Assembly (NCBI GenBank): GCA_030141605.1 | Contig: JAQGDQ010000004.1 | Span: 1,240,001-1,304,000, forward strand | DNA from: Tubiluchus corallicola | Lineage: Eukaryota > Animalia > Priapulida | DNA: 64,000 bases | Direction: 5' to 3' | Part shown: positions 47,558 to 60,870 of the stretch, piece after piece | Position numbering within the stretch: the stretch's first letter is position 1 | How the letters are laid out: each line of letters starts with the position of its first letter | The notes under the pieces: generated by a model | The model's database searches: none | Seen by the model: only the letters and a program-made list of their open reading frames with translations | Told to the model about the DNA's origin: nothing | Made by a program: the position numbers and the translations under genes

Positions 47558-50500
47558 ATGACTCTAGCTTCGAAAAATAAACCCCCAATGAGAAGACACT
47601 AGATCGAGACCTTTCGTCTGGCATATAGATTGTCGCAAATGGTGCAGTCGTCCGAGCTGTAGCCTCAAATCTTATATACATGTAATCTATATATCAAACG
47701 AAAGGTCTCGATCTAGCGTCTTCTCATTAGGGGTTTATTTTTCGAATCAAGTCCACCGAGACGAACCGGGGGGCGAAAAACCTCCAAAAATGGCCATTTT
47801 TTGCAAAATTTATACCTGTTACTTCTGGAGATGGGAATGGACTGGGGGCTGTGCTGGCAATGGTTGAATAGTCCGTTTAACGGTGGGTGTAGTAGCCATA
47901 TTTAGAATTCACGGGAGGGTCACAGCACACCGCAACGGGCGTTTTCCCAGACCCAACTCCCGATTTTTTCGAAATTTTAGTCAAACAGCCTGTAGAAAAA
48001 ACATTCTGGCGGCGCCTGGTGGGACTCTCGAAAGGAGATATATAGCTCTTTAGAAAGAGGAGGGACAGGGCTACACGATGGTGGGGCTGTATTTTAGGAT
48101 GTCTCCACTGTGAGGAACTGTGATGAGTTGATTGAAGGTTTCATTTCGGGCATTTTTTGCTTGGAAAACTGCTGACGCAAAGCCATTGTTCTGTCGTCAT
48201 CCATTATACTCTGTTTATAACCTTATAACTTTAATTCAGTGAAAGCTGGTACTGGCTTTACATTATGAGGACTATGTAGGATGTTCGCATATTATTGATT
48301 ATAAGTGTATTTTTTACGCAAAATTTTTTGAGGGGCCTTTGCTAGTTAGTAACTTTTTTTTTTATTTCAAGTTTATTATATTAAATATTGGGAATACTCA
48401 CTAGCCTTTGCTTACCAGCATTCCCAAATATCTGGTAACAAATTGCGTTGTCAAAAATTTTTTATGTTAAAAATCAATATCAATACCTTGACCATTGCTG
48501 TAAGCACAGCTATTGTAACTTGTCAAATTGACAAGCTCTAAACATGAACTAATAAGTAACTGGGTAGTTAATGTCAACCCAAACCTTTGACTGTACTTTA
48601 TATAACCTACCAGAAGGTGATGCAACATGTGTTGCCATATCAGCATTTTCTTCCTCTTCCTTAATTTTCTTTTTCTTTTTCTTCGTCTTTTCTGCTGAAG
48701 CTGAAATTACAAAATTTGTTAAATGTACAGCCTTTTTCTACAGCTGTGTTATACTTAAGCAAATTTTTAACTTCGTGAAATAAAACATAACAGTTTTTTA
48801 GACCAATACTCATTTTTGCCTGAAATATAGCTACTAAAATAGCCGAATTTAGTTACTAAAATACCAATTCTAATAAAATATTAGCTTAGAAACTTTATTA
48901 TCAGACTGTATGATCAGTCACTATTGGGTTGGATTTCTAACGGCAGAAATCTTCCATTTGTTATTTTGCACATATTTGCAAAAACAAAAGTTGATCTGAT
49001 AATCAAACAGAAAAATTGGCAAATAAGCACACAATTGCAGATTTCATGTATATTGCTGAGCTAAAAATTTAAAAAGTTACCCAGAGTGGGCTTTATTGGA
49101 TTGCCCAGTTAGCCATAGATTTGCTAATGATGTTATTTTTAGCAACAAAATTTGCAAGAAGCAAGCACTATGTCTATCTAAGTGAGTGGGCTGAAAACAT
49201 GCGACAATGAAAAATCAATGAAAATAAGTTACCAAGTCACCAATTCTGTAATTTAAGAATTCCGTTACACCACTACCATGTAAAGCAATTGGAGCTTTGG
49301 TCTATAATTATGCATTATTTTCCTTTAAAATTTGCCAAATACTATATGATGCAAATATTAAAATTTGTGCAGTTAGCAGTGAACAAAACATGTTGCACAT
49401 CTGTTTGTACTCATTTGATTCAATAAACATAGCTGAACTAAACACTACAGTGTTACAGCATGCGAGTTCTAATCCCAAGGGCTTGGTTCAAAGGCTTTTT
49501 AACATTTTTTCTAATTAGTTAGCTGTTAGGTTAATTGTTGCAAAACACAAACCATTACATTTATTAAAAAAATTATAACTTTTTACGATTAAGATCCATT
49601 GCGAAGTTATGGCACAGAATTGTGAGTATAATTTATCAATTAATTTTCAAGCTTTGCATGAACACTATTGATCCATAAACTACAGCAGAACTAGAATACC
49701 AATAAAAAACAGAAGTAACTAGGGTCTAGAAAGACTAAAAAGCTCTTCTCTTGAAATACAAGTCCAGGTCAAGAAAACTATCTTTAAGGCTGGGTTAGAA
49801 GAAATAATAGTACTTCATATCAAAGCAATCACAATAACTGGAACAGTAAAATTTACTATAAATTACATTTCCTTATTAGTGAATAGAAAATTTAAGGCAA
49901 ATATTCAACAAGCCTGTGCATACCACTTGTGTCTGGTTCAATTTCTTCAATTAATTTTGGTTTCTTAACTGGTAAGCTTGTATCTGCCTCATTATCTTGA
50001 GCCTTCCTTTTTTGGGGGACTCTCGGAATGGTAGAATCAACACTTTCATCATATGTTAACACCTGACTGTAAAAACAAACGTAATGTAGAAATTAAGTAA
50101 ACAGACACTGTCTCATTGAAAAATGTATAAAAAATTATTACTACATTTCATATGTTGCATTACATAGGGAACACTGTAAATGGGTGGGGATACATTGCGG
50201 TGGCAAATTAGCACAGCACTTTATCAAGAATCCTAACATTGTTTTTAAAGTTATTGTACAACATACAAGGGGCACAATGAATTTTTTGCTACTTATAAAA
50301 TTAACAAACGTCTATTCTTAGACACACACAATGTAAGCTAGGTCAGTCTGTTACTGGCATGCTGTTCTGGGCATCATGAATTACATCATACAAAGGCTTG
50401 AATATATTGTTAAAAAACAATAAAAAGAACCATTGTAATATACCTACATTTATGAAACACTTCTAAACCAAACTTAACTGGAAAAAAATAAAAAAGGAGA

Positions 50501-50576
50501 AAGAAAAGACTTTTGTGATAGGATGCAAGCCACTTCACTGGCATATTTAGTCAAATCCTGACTCATTTATTATCTT

Positions 50577-50627
<51 letters not shown>

Positions 50628-53600
50628 TATTATTTTTTAAGCTCTTTTACTTTCAGAAAGTTATTAACTAGATTCATTATTTAGTTTGTTGATAATCGTG
50701 AAACTAAAAAATATCAATTCCAAAACTAGTTTTACATTTATGAGTCATTGTTTGGATAGTATAAGCGACTTATTTACCTTTTGTTTTCATATTTTTCTTG
50801 TCTAGCCTTCTGCTTTCCTAGCCCACTAATTCGTCGAGGTCCAGTTGTTTCCAATTCTCGCAATCTGGCTTCTAATTTTGTTCTGTGTTCTGTACCCAGC
50901 TCAACAGATGAATTCTCTCCTAGAGCGTCAACTCGAACAGCCAAAGCAGTTTTCGCTGCGAGCATTCTAGACATCTGAAACAGCAGCAATGGTGATGTTT
51001 GACCTGCATTTTTAGGGATTATATACAGTAACTAGCTGTGATCTTCTTGAGGAATTATCAGTCAAATCTTTAGGCAAATTTGCACATAATCCTGTGATTT
51101 GTCTGAATAGAAGGAGATTGCCACAACAATATGTATAAATGGGTGTAGCATTAAATAGTACCACAGCATCTCCTTTTTTCAAGAAACTGTCCATGAAAGA
51201 GCCCACGTATAATATTCATAATGGTATGACTGACGTAATACCACAGAACATTAAACACAGAAATCTTTGCTTAATATTGTGGGACATAGTGTGTTACAGC
51301 AAACCCAATGTTGAGCGAAACATCATTAAACAAACCTTACATAAGGAACACTGTAAATGGGTGGGGATACATTCCAGTGTAAAAAAATCAGTAACATTTG
51401 ACTCATGTGTTTGTGCATTTAAGGTATGACAAATGTATGACACTTCCAATGTATAAGTTGGAAGAGAATGAGATTTTGTAAATCCTGTTTACTTATGATT
51501 TATGTTTTGAAAACATTCCTCTTGCAATAAATTCAACTACAGATAAATTTTTCATACTAACCTTGCCTTTTAATTTTGCACTGCTCTGACCCACCAACGA
51601 TGCATGATATATTAAACCATACTTTGGTGTATCATGTTTCGTTTTCAGTGCTCTAAATAAGGCCTTCTCTGCACCAAGAATCTGTACAGTAGATGCTGGA
51701 TGCTTTGCAAGGTTCAAAAGCGACCCTGAAAACATTAATGCAATAGATCGAAATGTTTTACATTTATGTACAAACAGTCAAAATAATTATTCTACTTCAG
51801 AGGTAGTGACGAATTAAGGGATTCTTCATCACATTCAGAAACTCATAATAACATCATTAGTAGAACATGGAAAATTTTCAGGTTTATAAACCAACTTTGA
51901 TGTAACTGTATCACATAAAAAAGTCTGTTTACCTGCATGTGCTATTAGCCTTGCTCCAACCAGCTCGCCTACTAATATTGTAACATTGGGGGCTATGGCC
52001 GTCATGCGATTTTTGAGGTAATCATATAATTGTGACCGATAGTCCATCAATTCAATAATCTAAATGAAAAAAGTTAAGAACAATAAACTACAAATATTAT
52101 TTACAGATGTTACCAAAGTCGGCAATACGGAAAATTTTGACTAACTAGTTGTCCTGATTTCGATCTCAAATTATATTAATATTAGTGTTGACTTTCCAAA
52201 CAGTATATAAGAATGCACACAACACTCAAAACATTACTCTTTTTCATGTAATATTCTTAACAATAAATTATTGACATTTTACTGGGTTAGGATTATAAAA
52301 AAATTGTGTACACTGCCTTTTAGACAAATTCAAAGCAAAAGTGAATATTACATAAGAAGAACATAGATTTAATGATGTGAGGTAAAACTGGATTTTGTAA
52401 CACAAATTCTGCTGAAAGAAAATAAAGTGTTTATGTCACCAAATGAGCAAAGCACTCTGGAGTTTGCAAACTTTGATATTTTTTAAATAACCAAGAGTGC
52501 AGATATGCAACAGCAAAAGTCTTGACTCTGTTCATTTCAAACTGTTGGCTGCTTTTAGGTAATTCTAACTCGACTAGAATGACATGTGGCCGTAACGAAA
52601 TCGGGGAGTTTTATTCAATCAGTGTGCATGATTTCACCTAATTTGTTGTCACCGTAACATAACATGAGTTTGTTATTACATACGGTTTTTCTTCAACAAC
52701 TAGCAAATCTAGAAAGACGTCCAAGATGATGTTACAGAAAATTTCATTGTGGAAATGAAAAACAAACTTGTATGCCTAAAACATTCCCACACTTAAATAT
52801 GAGAAGTTTTCTAAGCCTATCTAGCTTAAGTATACACATTAGTCTAGCAATTTCCAGAAGGGTCATTTCATTATTAATGCAGCATTTAGCAACTCACCGT
52901 GTTTCACAGATAATTTCTATCACAAAATTCAAACAAATATAAACAAAAATCACTTAAACCAGAAACTCTGACCTGATCACATAAATGATGAATGTTTGCT
53001 AAATCCTCATCAGTTATCTCCGTACCCATTGAAATTTCTGCAGCCTTTTTCAATGCTGCTTCTTCTTCTTCAGGTAAAATATCCGCCAAGTCTACAGTAG
53101 TGTGATTAGTGCGAAAACCTGAAATAGCAAGTAAAATGTTACACAAGCCAATTCCACCATTCAACCTACATGCAGAATTACTGAATTAATAAAACACCAA
53201 AATCATAAAGAACAAAAGTCAAACAATTAGGAATAATTCATTCATACACTGCAAAACAGAATCAGTATCGAATCTGTAGTGCGAGTTGGGTTACCCTCTT
53301 GCCGCACATGTGCACGCATGCACATACGTTTTAATTGCACGTATTTATAAAATATACAAACTTTAGTAATGTGCTATATAATGGACGATGCCCTTTCTTT
53401 GCAACTGGCAACCAGCAGCTATAGCTGTCAGCTACCAGTGACTCCAGCGACCAGCGTTCTGATGGAACACCCAGGACTGACGCCTGCGTGTAATCACGTA
53501 TTTGTAGATTATTGGAAAGTGACACCAACACAGTAAAATTAAAAGAAAGCAACACTTATGATACATTTGCCGATAATACATGTAATTTAGACAAAATAAA

Positions 53601-56600
53601 GCTGAAGTTTTAATATACATTGTTTTACATGCTCATAATGAGTTTTAATTGGTTCCCCCATCTATGCTTTTTTTATTAGTTATTCGAACAGCAATAATTA
53701 GGCTTTTCTTTACTGATCTGTTAATCTAAGATTGTAAATATATGAATGAAAATTTTTAACATTAACTTTTATTAAACAATCAAATGAAACTTTAGAACAA
53801 ATGGATTGGATTGTCAATACTTCACTGTGAAAAGATGAAGTTTCCAGTCTTTTTTAACAAAAACGTTTGAAGGTTGATGAAAACTTCAACTATTTAAGTT
53901 ATTTTGTTATAATGCTCTAATATTTCCTTTATTATATATTTTATATCAACAAATGTTATATCAATTTTAATGGCCAATTTAATATTGTTGTTACGTAATT
54001 GTACAAGTACGGTAATTTATAAATACAACAGAATGTTATCACATGACAACAGCCTGGGTTTACATTGGATGACTGTCGAGTAGAACCTGCTTTTCGCCAG
54101 GTACTCAAAAGATAGAAACAATTTCTATTTTCGAGTGACTAGTGACTTGGTGCATTATAATACATTGAAAATGTACACTTTCTGTTTTTTGTTGACAGTT
54201 GCTAGACAAGATCACTGAGCACAGTAAACAGTCGCTTCAGTGCATCATAAGTATATGTAATTTAACAGTTTTTTAAGCAATATCGCTCTATTGCAACGTC
54301 ACATTATTAATGCCTCTTCACAAAACAACAGCAACAGCAAAAACTTTTTGAGCAATGTTGAAACTGCATAAAATGACAAATGCTAATAAATCTGCCGAAT
54401 AATGATCAATAATGCGTGAGCATGCTACAGTTTTTAATCTCTGCTCCTGAAATGATAGCAATAATGTTCATAGTACACATTTGCATAGTATTACTAAAAT
54501 CACGTTGATGCTTCGTTAGTCAGCAAACAAAAACAAACTATAATCAAGATTACTATTTGTAATTTTCAGTTCTTCACTTTCAGGACCCATACTTTAGCAT
54601 ACTAAATTACGTTTTCTCTCAAACAATTTATTTTCAACATTTATGAAAAAATAAAATTTCAGGAGCCCTGAAGTTGTCAGAGAAATTTTACATTTATCAA
54701 GCAAAGTGAAATCTGAACCAGAACACACTAGCGACATGCTTTAATTTGCAATCTGCACATAGTTCACTTAAATCAGTTAAAGCAAGTGCAGGTGGTACCA
54801 GGCCACATGCACAAGTAGGTTTAATAAAAATGACAATCTTTATCTTTTTTTACCAGTAAGGATCAACATACCCATTTTCCTTACAACACGAGCAAACGCA
54901 AGGTGATCTGCGATAATTTTGCCCATTTCAGGGAAATGCCAACCATACCATTCCCGACACCTCATAACATAGTTATTCAATTCCTTGTCTAAATCATCTA
55001 ATAAAGCTGAAAGATAAGAAAACAATTAATGAAATTTTTGCCTAATAACCTTAAAAGTCACGCTTCTTTAAAAATGTAATAGCTGTAACCATCTGTCCAA
55101 CTTTATTGGAACATGTCCGTTCAATGTTGCTGCAACATTTAAACATGGACTCTAAAGAATAATAGTTGCTTACATATAGCCTGCACAATCATTGTGTCAA
55201 CTTTGTCTGGGCTAAACTTCAGTTTATATCTTGATAAACTAAAACAGAGAAAAACAAAAGTTAGTAGTCTGAAAATAATAAAAACAGAACGACACATAAA
55301 TGAATGTTAGTTAACCTTTTCCTACTGAGAAACAGCCTTGCACATTTTACTACAGATGTTGTTCCAAAGCCGTGCCTAAGTATAAATAAAGAACTATTAC
55401 TACACTATTTCTGTTCCTAGTTACTTATAAGTATGGTATACCTTTATGTCAGAAGTCAACATTTCTGGTACTACTATCTTGTAGTTTACTTAGTTAACTC
55501 TACGGTAGCAGACCGGACTAATGGTTTGTGGTTTACAGAACGAAGATTTCTCTAATTGCTGTTTTTGATGGATTATAGAAAGTAGTAAAAATAATAAAAA
55601 TTTTGGTTAAATTTGTTACTGCTATACTACCAAGCATAAATAAAGCATTTTTGGCAAAGTCTAAACTTTGGTAGCAAAGTGCATTTTAATATGTTGCTTA
55701 CTTTTGCATTTTTTCTATGTAGCAAATAACGATGAAATCTGTAATGATATTTTTATCGATGCTGAGACAAAAATGTAACTCAGTGACTTCTAATTAATAT
55801 TGTAATTAATGCAATTATCATAGAAGAGATCAAACAACATTTATATATAACAAACACGTACTACTATGTTAAAAGTAAATCTCAATCTACTAAAATTAGC
55901 CACTTAGTTTTATTAAGAATACTCTATACAAATTACACACCATGTTTGTTCGTATGTTTTTGTAGATAACTCGAGCATACCTGTGAGCCAACCCCAATGC
56001 AAAAGCTGACATTTCTTTCTGTTCTATTCCCGCAAGGAGACTCTCACTTTGAGATCTAATGCACCTCATAAGTTCGTGAACAGCAGAACTGCTAACACAT
56101 TGCATATTAAGCTTGTCCTACAAGAAATGGACAAAGAAGTAATAGAAAACTCTTTACATGTGAAGTGTAATAAGAAGTATTAGAAACATATTAGGGCCAT
56201 TCTACCTTTATTACATTTCCGAGCTTGGCATCTGCCACAGCAAGTTGTTCATGTGCTTCTTGTACCAGCAGTTTCTTCAATACCTTTTTCAGTCGTTTGC
56301 TCATGTTCCCCTCTATTACAGCAGTTGCAGCTTTCAAAAAACAAAGACAACGTCTTACTTCAAAAAACAAAGATTACTTTAAAAGAAAATGTTAATCTTC
56401 GAGTACAAATGCAGAACTAAACCCACCTTATATCTCACTTTACTTGATGAAAAAGCATTTACACAATGGATTAAAATGGTTTTGTTAAAAAGGTACTTAT
56501 TCAATTGATGATGATGATGATCCAGTTTTCAGTATCAAAGTAGCATATTTCTTTTCACACTAAAAATGGTTTCTTTTTTAAATCTTAAAAAATAATAAAT

Positions 56601-59600
56601 TGTAACCATTTCTTTCGAGGAATCAAAACAGTTGTGCATTTTCCGCTGAAAGTTCCGTTACATTTTGAAGTAGAACAGTGATTACTAGCATAAAATAATT
56701 TACTTAGCAAAATAATAAATTTACCTAAAGAATAATAATAAATTCAGTCTAATACACCTACCTGCTAGTGCATCTGTTGTATCTTTGAACTTTTCAAATT
56801 GCTTCAACTTGACCCTGAAATTAGTTACACTTTAATCCTTAATAGCTTATTTATTTTATTAAACTTTTCAGATTTTAGTTGTTCAGCTCTGCATAGTTCA
56901 AAGCACTGTAAACAGCTATCAGCTTTACAAACACAAGGATATTATGTTAATGAATAAATTTTTGCATGATTGGCCTGATGATGTAAAATTTTATATGTAA
57001 TGCAGACTGCATAGTGACACCTTTTTTCTGATCTGGATGCCAGCCTCATAAAATTTAGTTTAGCACAAGACAGCCTCATAAAATGTAGTTTAGCACTTGC
57101 TGCTCTTGTACATTTAACTTTTTTGCTTTGCTTGCATTATTGCAAGTGTGAATAAAATCTAATAGAGTCAAACTTAAAAAAAGTTATGTCAACAACCAAG
57201 TAAGAAGTGACTAGATGAGATATAGCTCTCTTTGGAACACACAGAATAAATACAAAACAATGCGGTAACTTACACTTTACTCGCTCCTTCCTGTGTCTGA
57301 AAGTCCTGATATAAATCATCACTTTTTTGCAGTTTCTTTTCATCCAACAGCTTAAAAATTAAAATAGATGATAATTGAGGTCACTAGACTCACTACAGTA
57401 TTATTCAAATATACATATGTTGAATAAATGTAACATCTATCATTTCTGACATCATCAATTATTTATTTATGGCTACTTTATCACCATCTTCCTGTGTGTA
57501 TATCAACTTCTTTATCCTCTGCCTCATCAAATTAGATCTACATTTATTAAAAAGTAGAAAAATGATTTTACATAATAGTTATATTTCCTACATTTCTACT
57601 TAATTCATGAGTTTCATCAGTGAATGCAGATTCTATGCAACTTCTTGATTATGTTAAAGGCACAGTTCATTACACTAAAATGTATATGGGAAGTGTTGTG
57701 CTTATCATAATGCCAATTTTTAAAATATGTATTTTTATTATTATTTACTTTTCACATTTTTCATAGGTCACATTCACCAGTACTAAGCGTAGAATACACA
57801 CATATAATGTGTCATTACTAAACACATAATACATGATGACTGCTAGACTAAAGTCGCCTGTTAGCAGCCATTTATTGCACTAGATCATATACTACACAGT
57901 GTGGTATTTGGTCAGCCCATATACCATGTGGGTTATTTGGGTTGGCACTATATCACAGCAATAGCAATTAAGCTACATTAAAAGCTTTTACAATGTTTTG
58001 AACTTAATTGTCATTTTATTTATTTAAGTATTAATAATAAATTACATATTAAAATAATAATAAATACACTTTAATTAGTAATAATACTACTTTTCATTGT
58101 CAATTTTCAGCCAACAGGGTGTGTAACATTTGTGTTTCCAGAGCTAATCTTTCTTTCAATATTACCCACTACTTAAGCTTAAAAAGGTCCGCTCTTTGGC
58201 CTAAATATAGGTAATAACAACATTTCGTTTAGCAACTCATTTAAATTTTGTCTTAAACGAGTTATATGGGCAGGTGAGATGCTTACCTTTCTGTCAAACA
58301 CTATTTCTCTGCTATGCAGCATACAGGCTGATGAGTCATTTATCTCCCAACCTGTGTTTTATAATGTAAGTGCTCCTACATAGTCAATGTTGCTAAGCAT
58401 TTATCCCCTAATTATATTCTATGGTATCTACACTATACAGCACGGATGATTTGTAGTGTCGGTAATTACCTTTTTTTAAAATCTAGCTGTTGGTTAAGGT
58501 TTACAAGCTGAGGAGTTGTTTACTGCCCAGTGTTTTGCAATATGATACATGCACAAATCACGCATGACTATAATTTATGGCTGATTTGAATGATCTGTCA
58601 AATGCACTTTTATACAGGTATGGCATTATATAGATGATAGTACCTACCAGTAATTTGTAGATTGTTTTTCACTCACAGTTGTTTTTAGATTAGGGACAGT
58701 TGTGACAGCTTTGATTTTGATGACAACAGAATCATTAGAATGAAATAAGCCTAGCTACTTTATTTCATTATAATTTATTGTCATTATGTAAAAGACAGAT
58801 AAGATAAATATTCATGTTCTTAGATTACTGAATCTACGAAGTTACATTATAATTTACTTATAATGACCCTCTGGTTATTAAGAGAAAATTTCAAAATCCC
58901 ACCAAATTTTAGACTTAAATAATGTATTTAAATCTTGCTTACAGCGAGCTCCAATATTATGAACTTTTGCTTATTAAAAGGAAATTTTAAAAGCCTCGCG
59001 GTTGCACTTCCCCTGCATATAATGAGAATGAATTCTAAAACAATGGGCAAGTGGGCAACACTCAACAAGGGCAAAAATGTCACCATACCTCATAGGGATT
59101 AATGGGGCTAAATTACTGACTGTGCATAAAACAATATGTAGCCTATCTGCTGCTATATGTGCTGCTGTAACTGTAACTTATAGTCAAAATAAAGTGGGTA
59201 CGATGATTCTGATATAGAAAAAGGACCAGATTATCTACATGCCAGCTGAAATGTCACAATTGAAGTTTTTGCTAAACCTTAGCAACTTTTTTTGAGTCAT
59301 CACCAGCAACTGATACTTGTTCTCGTTGTAATTTACAATCGGACACACAAATGTGAAGTTATAAAAAATTTGACAGCATTTTAAAACTTGGCAACTCCTT
59401 GAATAAAGCTGTAGTGTAACATAATGCAAAGCAAGCAATAAAAATAGTGCTTTAAATAAATATAGTGATTTTACCTTAATTAACATAAAAGCGAGTCAGA
59501 CTATAGAGATGTGCGGACCTATTTATTTTGGGTTTGCAAAAGTGCAGTGTCCACAAAGAGTGATACTGCAGCTCTGCAAAATTCGCAGAGTGTATACAAT

Positions 59601-60733
59601 AACAGGGTTCGCATCTCCGCAGGGATTCGCTTAAAAAAATTATAGTTTTTAAAACAGAGACCAGGGCGAGATTAATACATAAGTCGACTAAGCATGTGGT
59701 TATGGCACAAGGCTCAGGGGGCACCAAGTTGGCAAAAAAATCAAAACAGATAAAATTTTAATAATGTGTTACCATAAAATTTAAATGAAGTTGTGATAAC
59801 AGCATCAGCCATTGTCTTATTGAAAAGTGTTGCTGATCTCTCCATGCTATTTAGTATTAGGATATTAGGTTGTCCTTATTGTATACCTTAGTTAAGTCAT
59901 TCCTATAGCTTGTGGCCTCTGGTGCTGCAAATGTCTAATTTCTTGTTTAACCTTTTTTGTAGCTGATTTCATTAAAATTTCATTTTGAAATCAATAAACG
60001 ATTTAAGAAGGTTTTGTTTTACATATAATGTCACGTAATTTGTATCACGAAACACAATGCAAAATATGCACTAAGATGCTGATTAGGAACTGTGGTTGTG
60101 AAACCGCCTACTAAATAACTATAGTTATGCACCGTTCTGATTTGCACGCAGGAAAAGTCAAATATGCTTTCAGAAACTTAATATTCCAGCTTTGAAGCCA
60201 GATCGGTAAATAATAGCTGAGTAATAGTCTGGATCTGTGACTCGGCCGGTTCCGCAAGCAGTTTGGGTCCCAACTCCGCATTCCAACAGAAAAACCTTGC
60301 AGACCCAAGTTCACGAATCCGAGGAACACGCATCTCTGATGCGCAGCCGAACAACCCCCTGCATTAATCCTTCTAGAAGAATTTGATGAAGAAAGATCAC
60401 ATGATACTTGTTATTAATTTTGTCCAACAAAATACTACTGTACGCATGAGGTACCGTTAAGCAACCATGTTTCAACAATATGTATTCCAATTGGCATGTC
60501 TGGCAAAACACACCGAGTTATTTATTCCGCATCTATTATGCAGAACCTGGCGTTTACATGCAAGTGGATAGACTTACTCAATAACACATACATGTACGAA
60601 AGTCCAAACGTCTGATAAATTCTGCCAATTTTATAATTCGGCGCTAGCACGTACCAAAGAAATCATTGTAATAATTTTAAGGGTTTACCTTAAATATTGC
60701 GTACCCGGCCGGGGTTTCAAATAAAACCAACAT
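45319..60733 (-). CDS. NOP58: Nucleolar protein 58 (box C/D snoRNP core), 554 aa, 15 exons
   Basis: Exons 60733-60689 ([15 protein letters not shown]), 57350-57274, 56814-56762, 56330-56206, 56117-55981, 55238-55174, 55006-54872, 53118-52973, 52059-51933, 51725-51562, 50974-50778, 50066-49924, 48700-48611, 45766-45677, 45389-45319 (1665 nt, all GT-AG, in frame). Motifs [59 protein letters not shown]; lysine-rich tail. Confidence 0.95.
46140..46281. mobile_element. hAT-like terminal fragment with GAACTT/GACTTGAA repeats
   Basis: Ends GAACTTGCCATCACTG, the reverse complement of a CAGTGATGGCAAGTTC-type TIR. The other end was not found. Confidence 0.4.
47458..48345 (+). mobile_element. Non-autonomous Helitron-like element, copy 2, with (TA)n and internal inversion
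   Basis: A|TCGTATATATTAATTTCGGTGGT ... CTAG|T termini, colinear with 41180-41883; (TA)n at ~47504-47555. Confidence 0.75.
50579..50627. repeat. (CAT)n microsatellite
   Basis: About 16 perfect units. Confidence 0.9.
51790..51865 (-). ncRNA. SNORD70: Intronic box C/D snoRNA, SNORD70-like, guiding 18S rRNA 2'-O-methylation
   Basis: Sense to NOP58. 7-bp terminal stem TTCTACT/AGTAGAA, C box ATGATGT, D' CTGA, C' GTGATGA, D CTGA. The 13-nt guide TTCGTCACTACCT is complementary to conserved 18S AGGUAGUGACGAA, and the D+5 rule selects the A equivalent to human Am512. Ends about 65 nt upstream of the 3' splice site. Confidence 0.88.
58855..59040 (+). repeat. Interspersed repeat, related copy at about 63835-64000
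   Basis: Shared TATAATGAMCCTCTGGTTATTAMGAG and TGCACTTCCCYTGCATATAAYGAG blocks. Confidence 0.65.
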
Positions 60734-60860
60734 TTTGCCAAAAATTTACAAATTAAAAGATTATTATTACGAAAAGCAACTAGAGCAGAGGATTTACAAG
60801 TAAAAAGCACACCACAATATCATCGCAATGATGCCTGCCCTGATGGAGCAATGGAAGAAC

Positions 60861-60870
60861 ACACGTGCGC
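60861..60870. promoter_or_regulatory. E-box (ACACGTGCG) about 130 bp upstream of the NOP58 ATG
   Basis: CACGTG at 60862-60867. Myc E-boxes near the TSS are typical of animal ribosome-biogenesis genes. Confidence 0.5.

Noticed and set aside
50343-50389. Second C/D snoRNA candidate in NOP58
   Set aside because: Too short, no terminal stem and no recognisable target.
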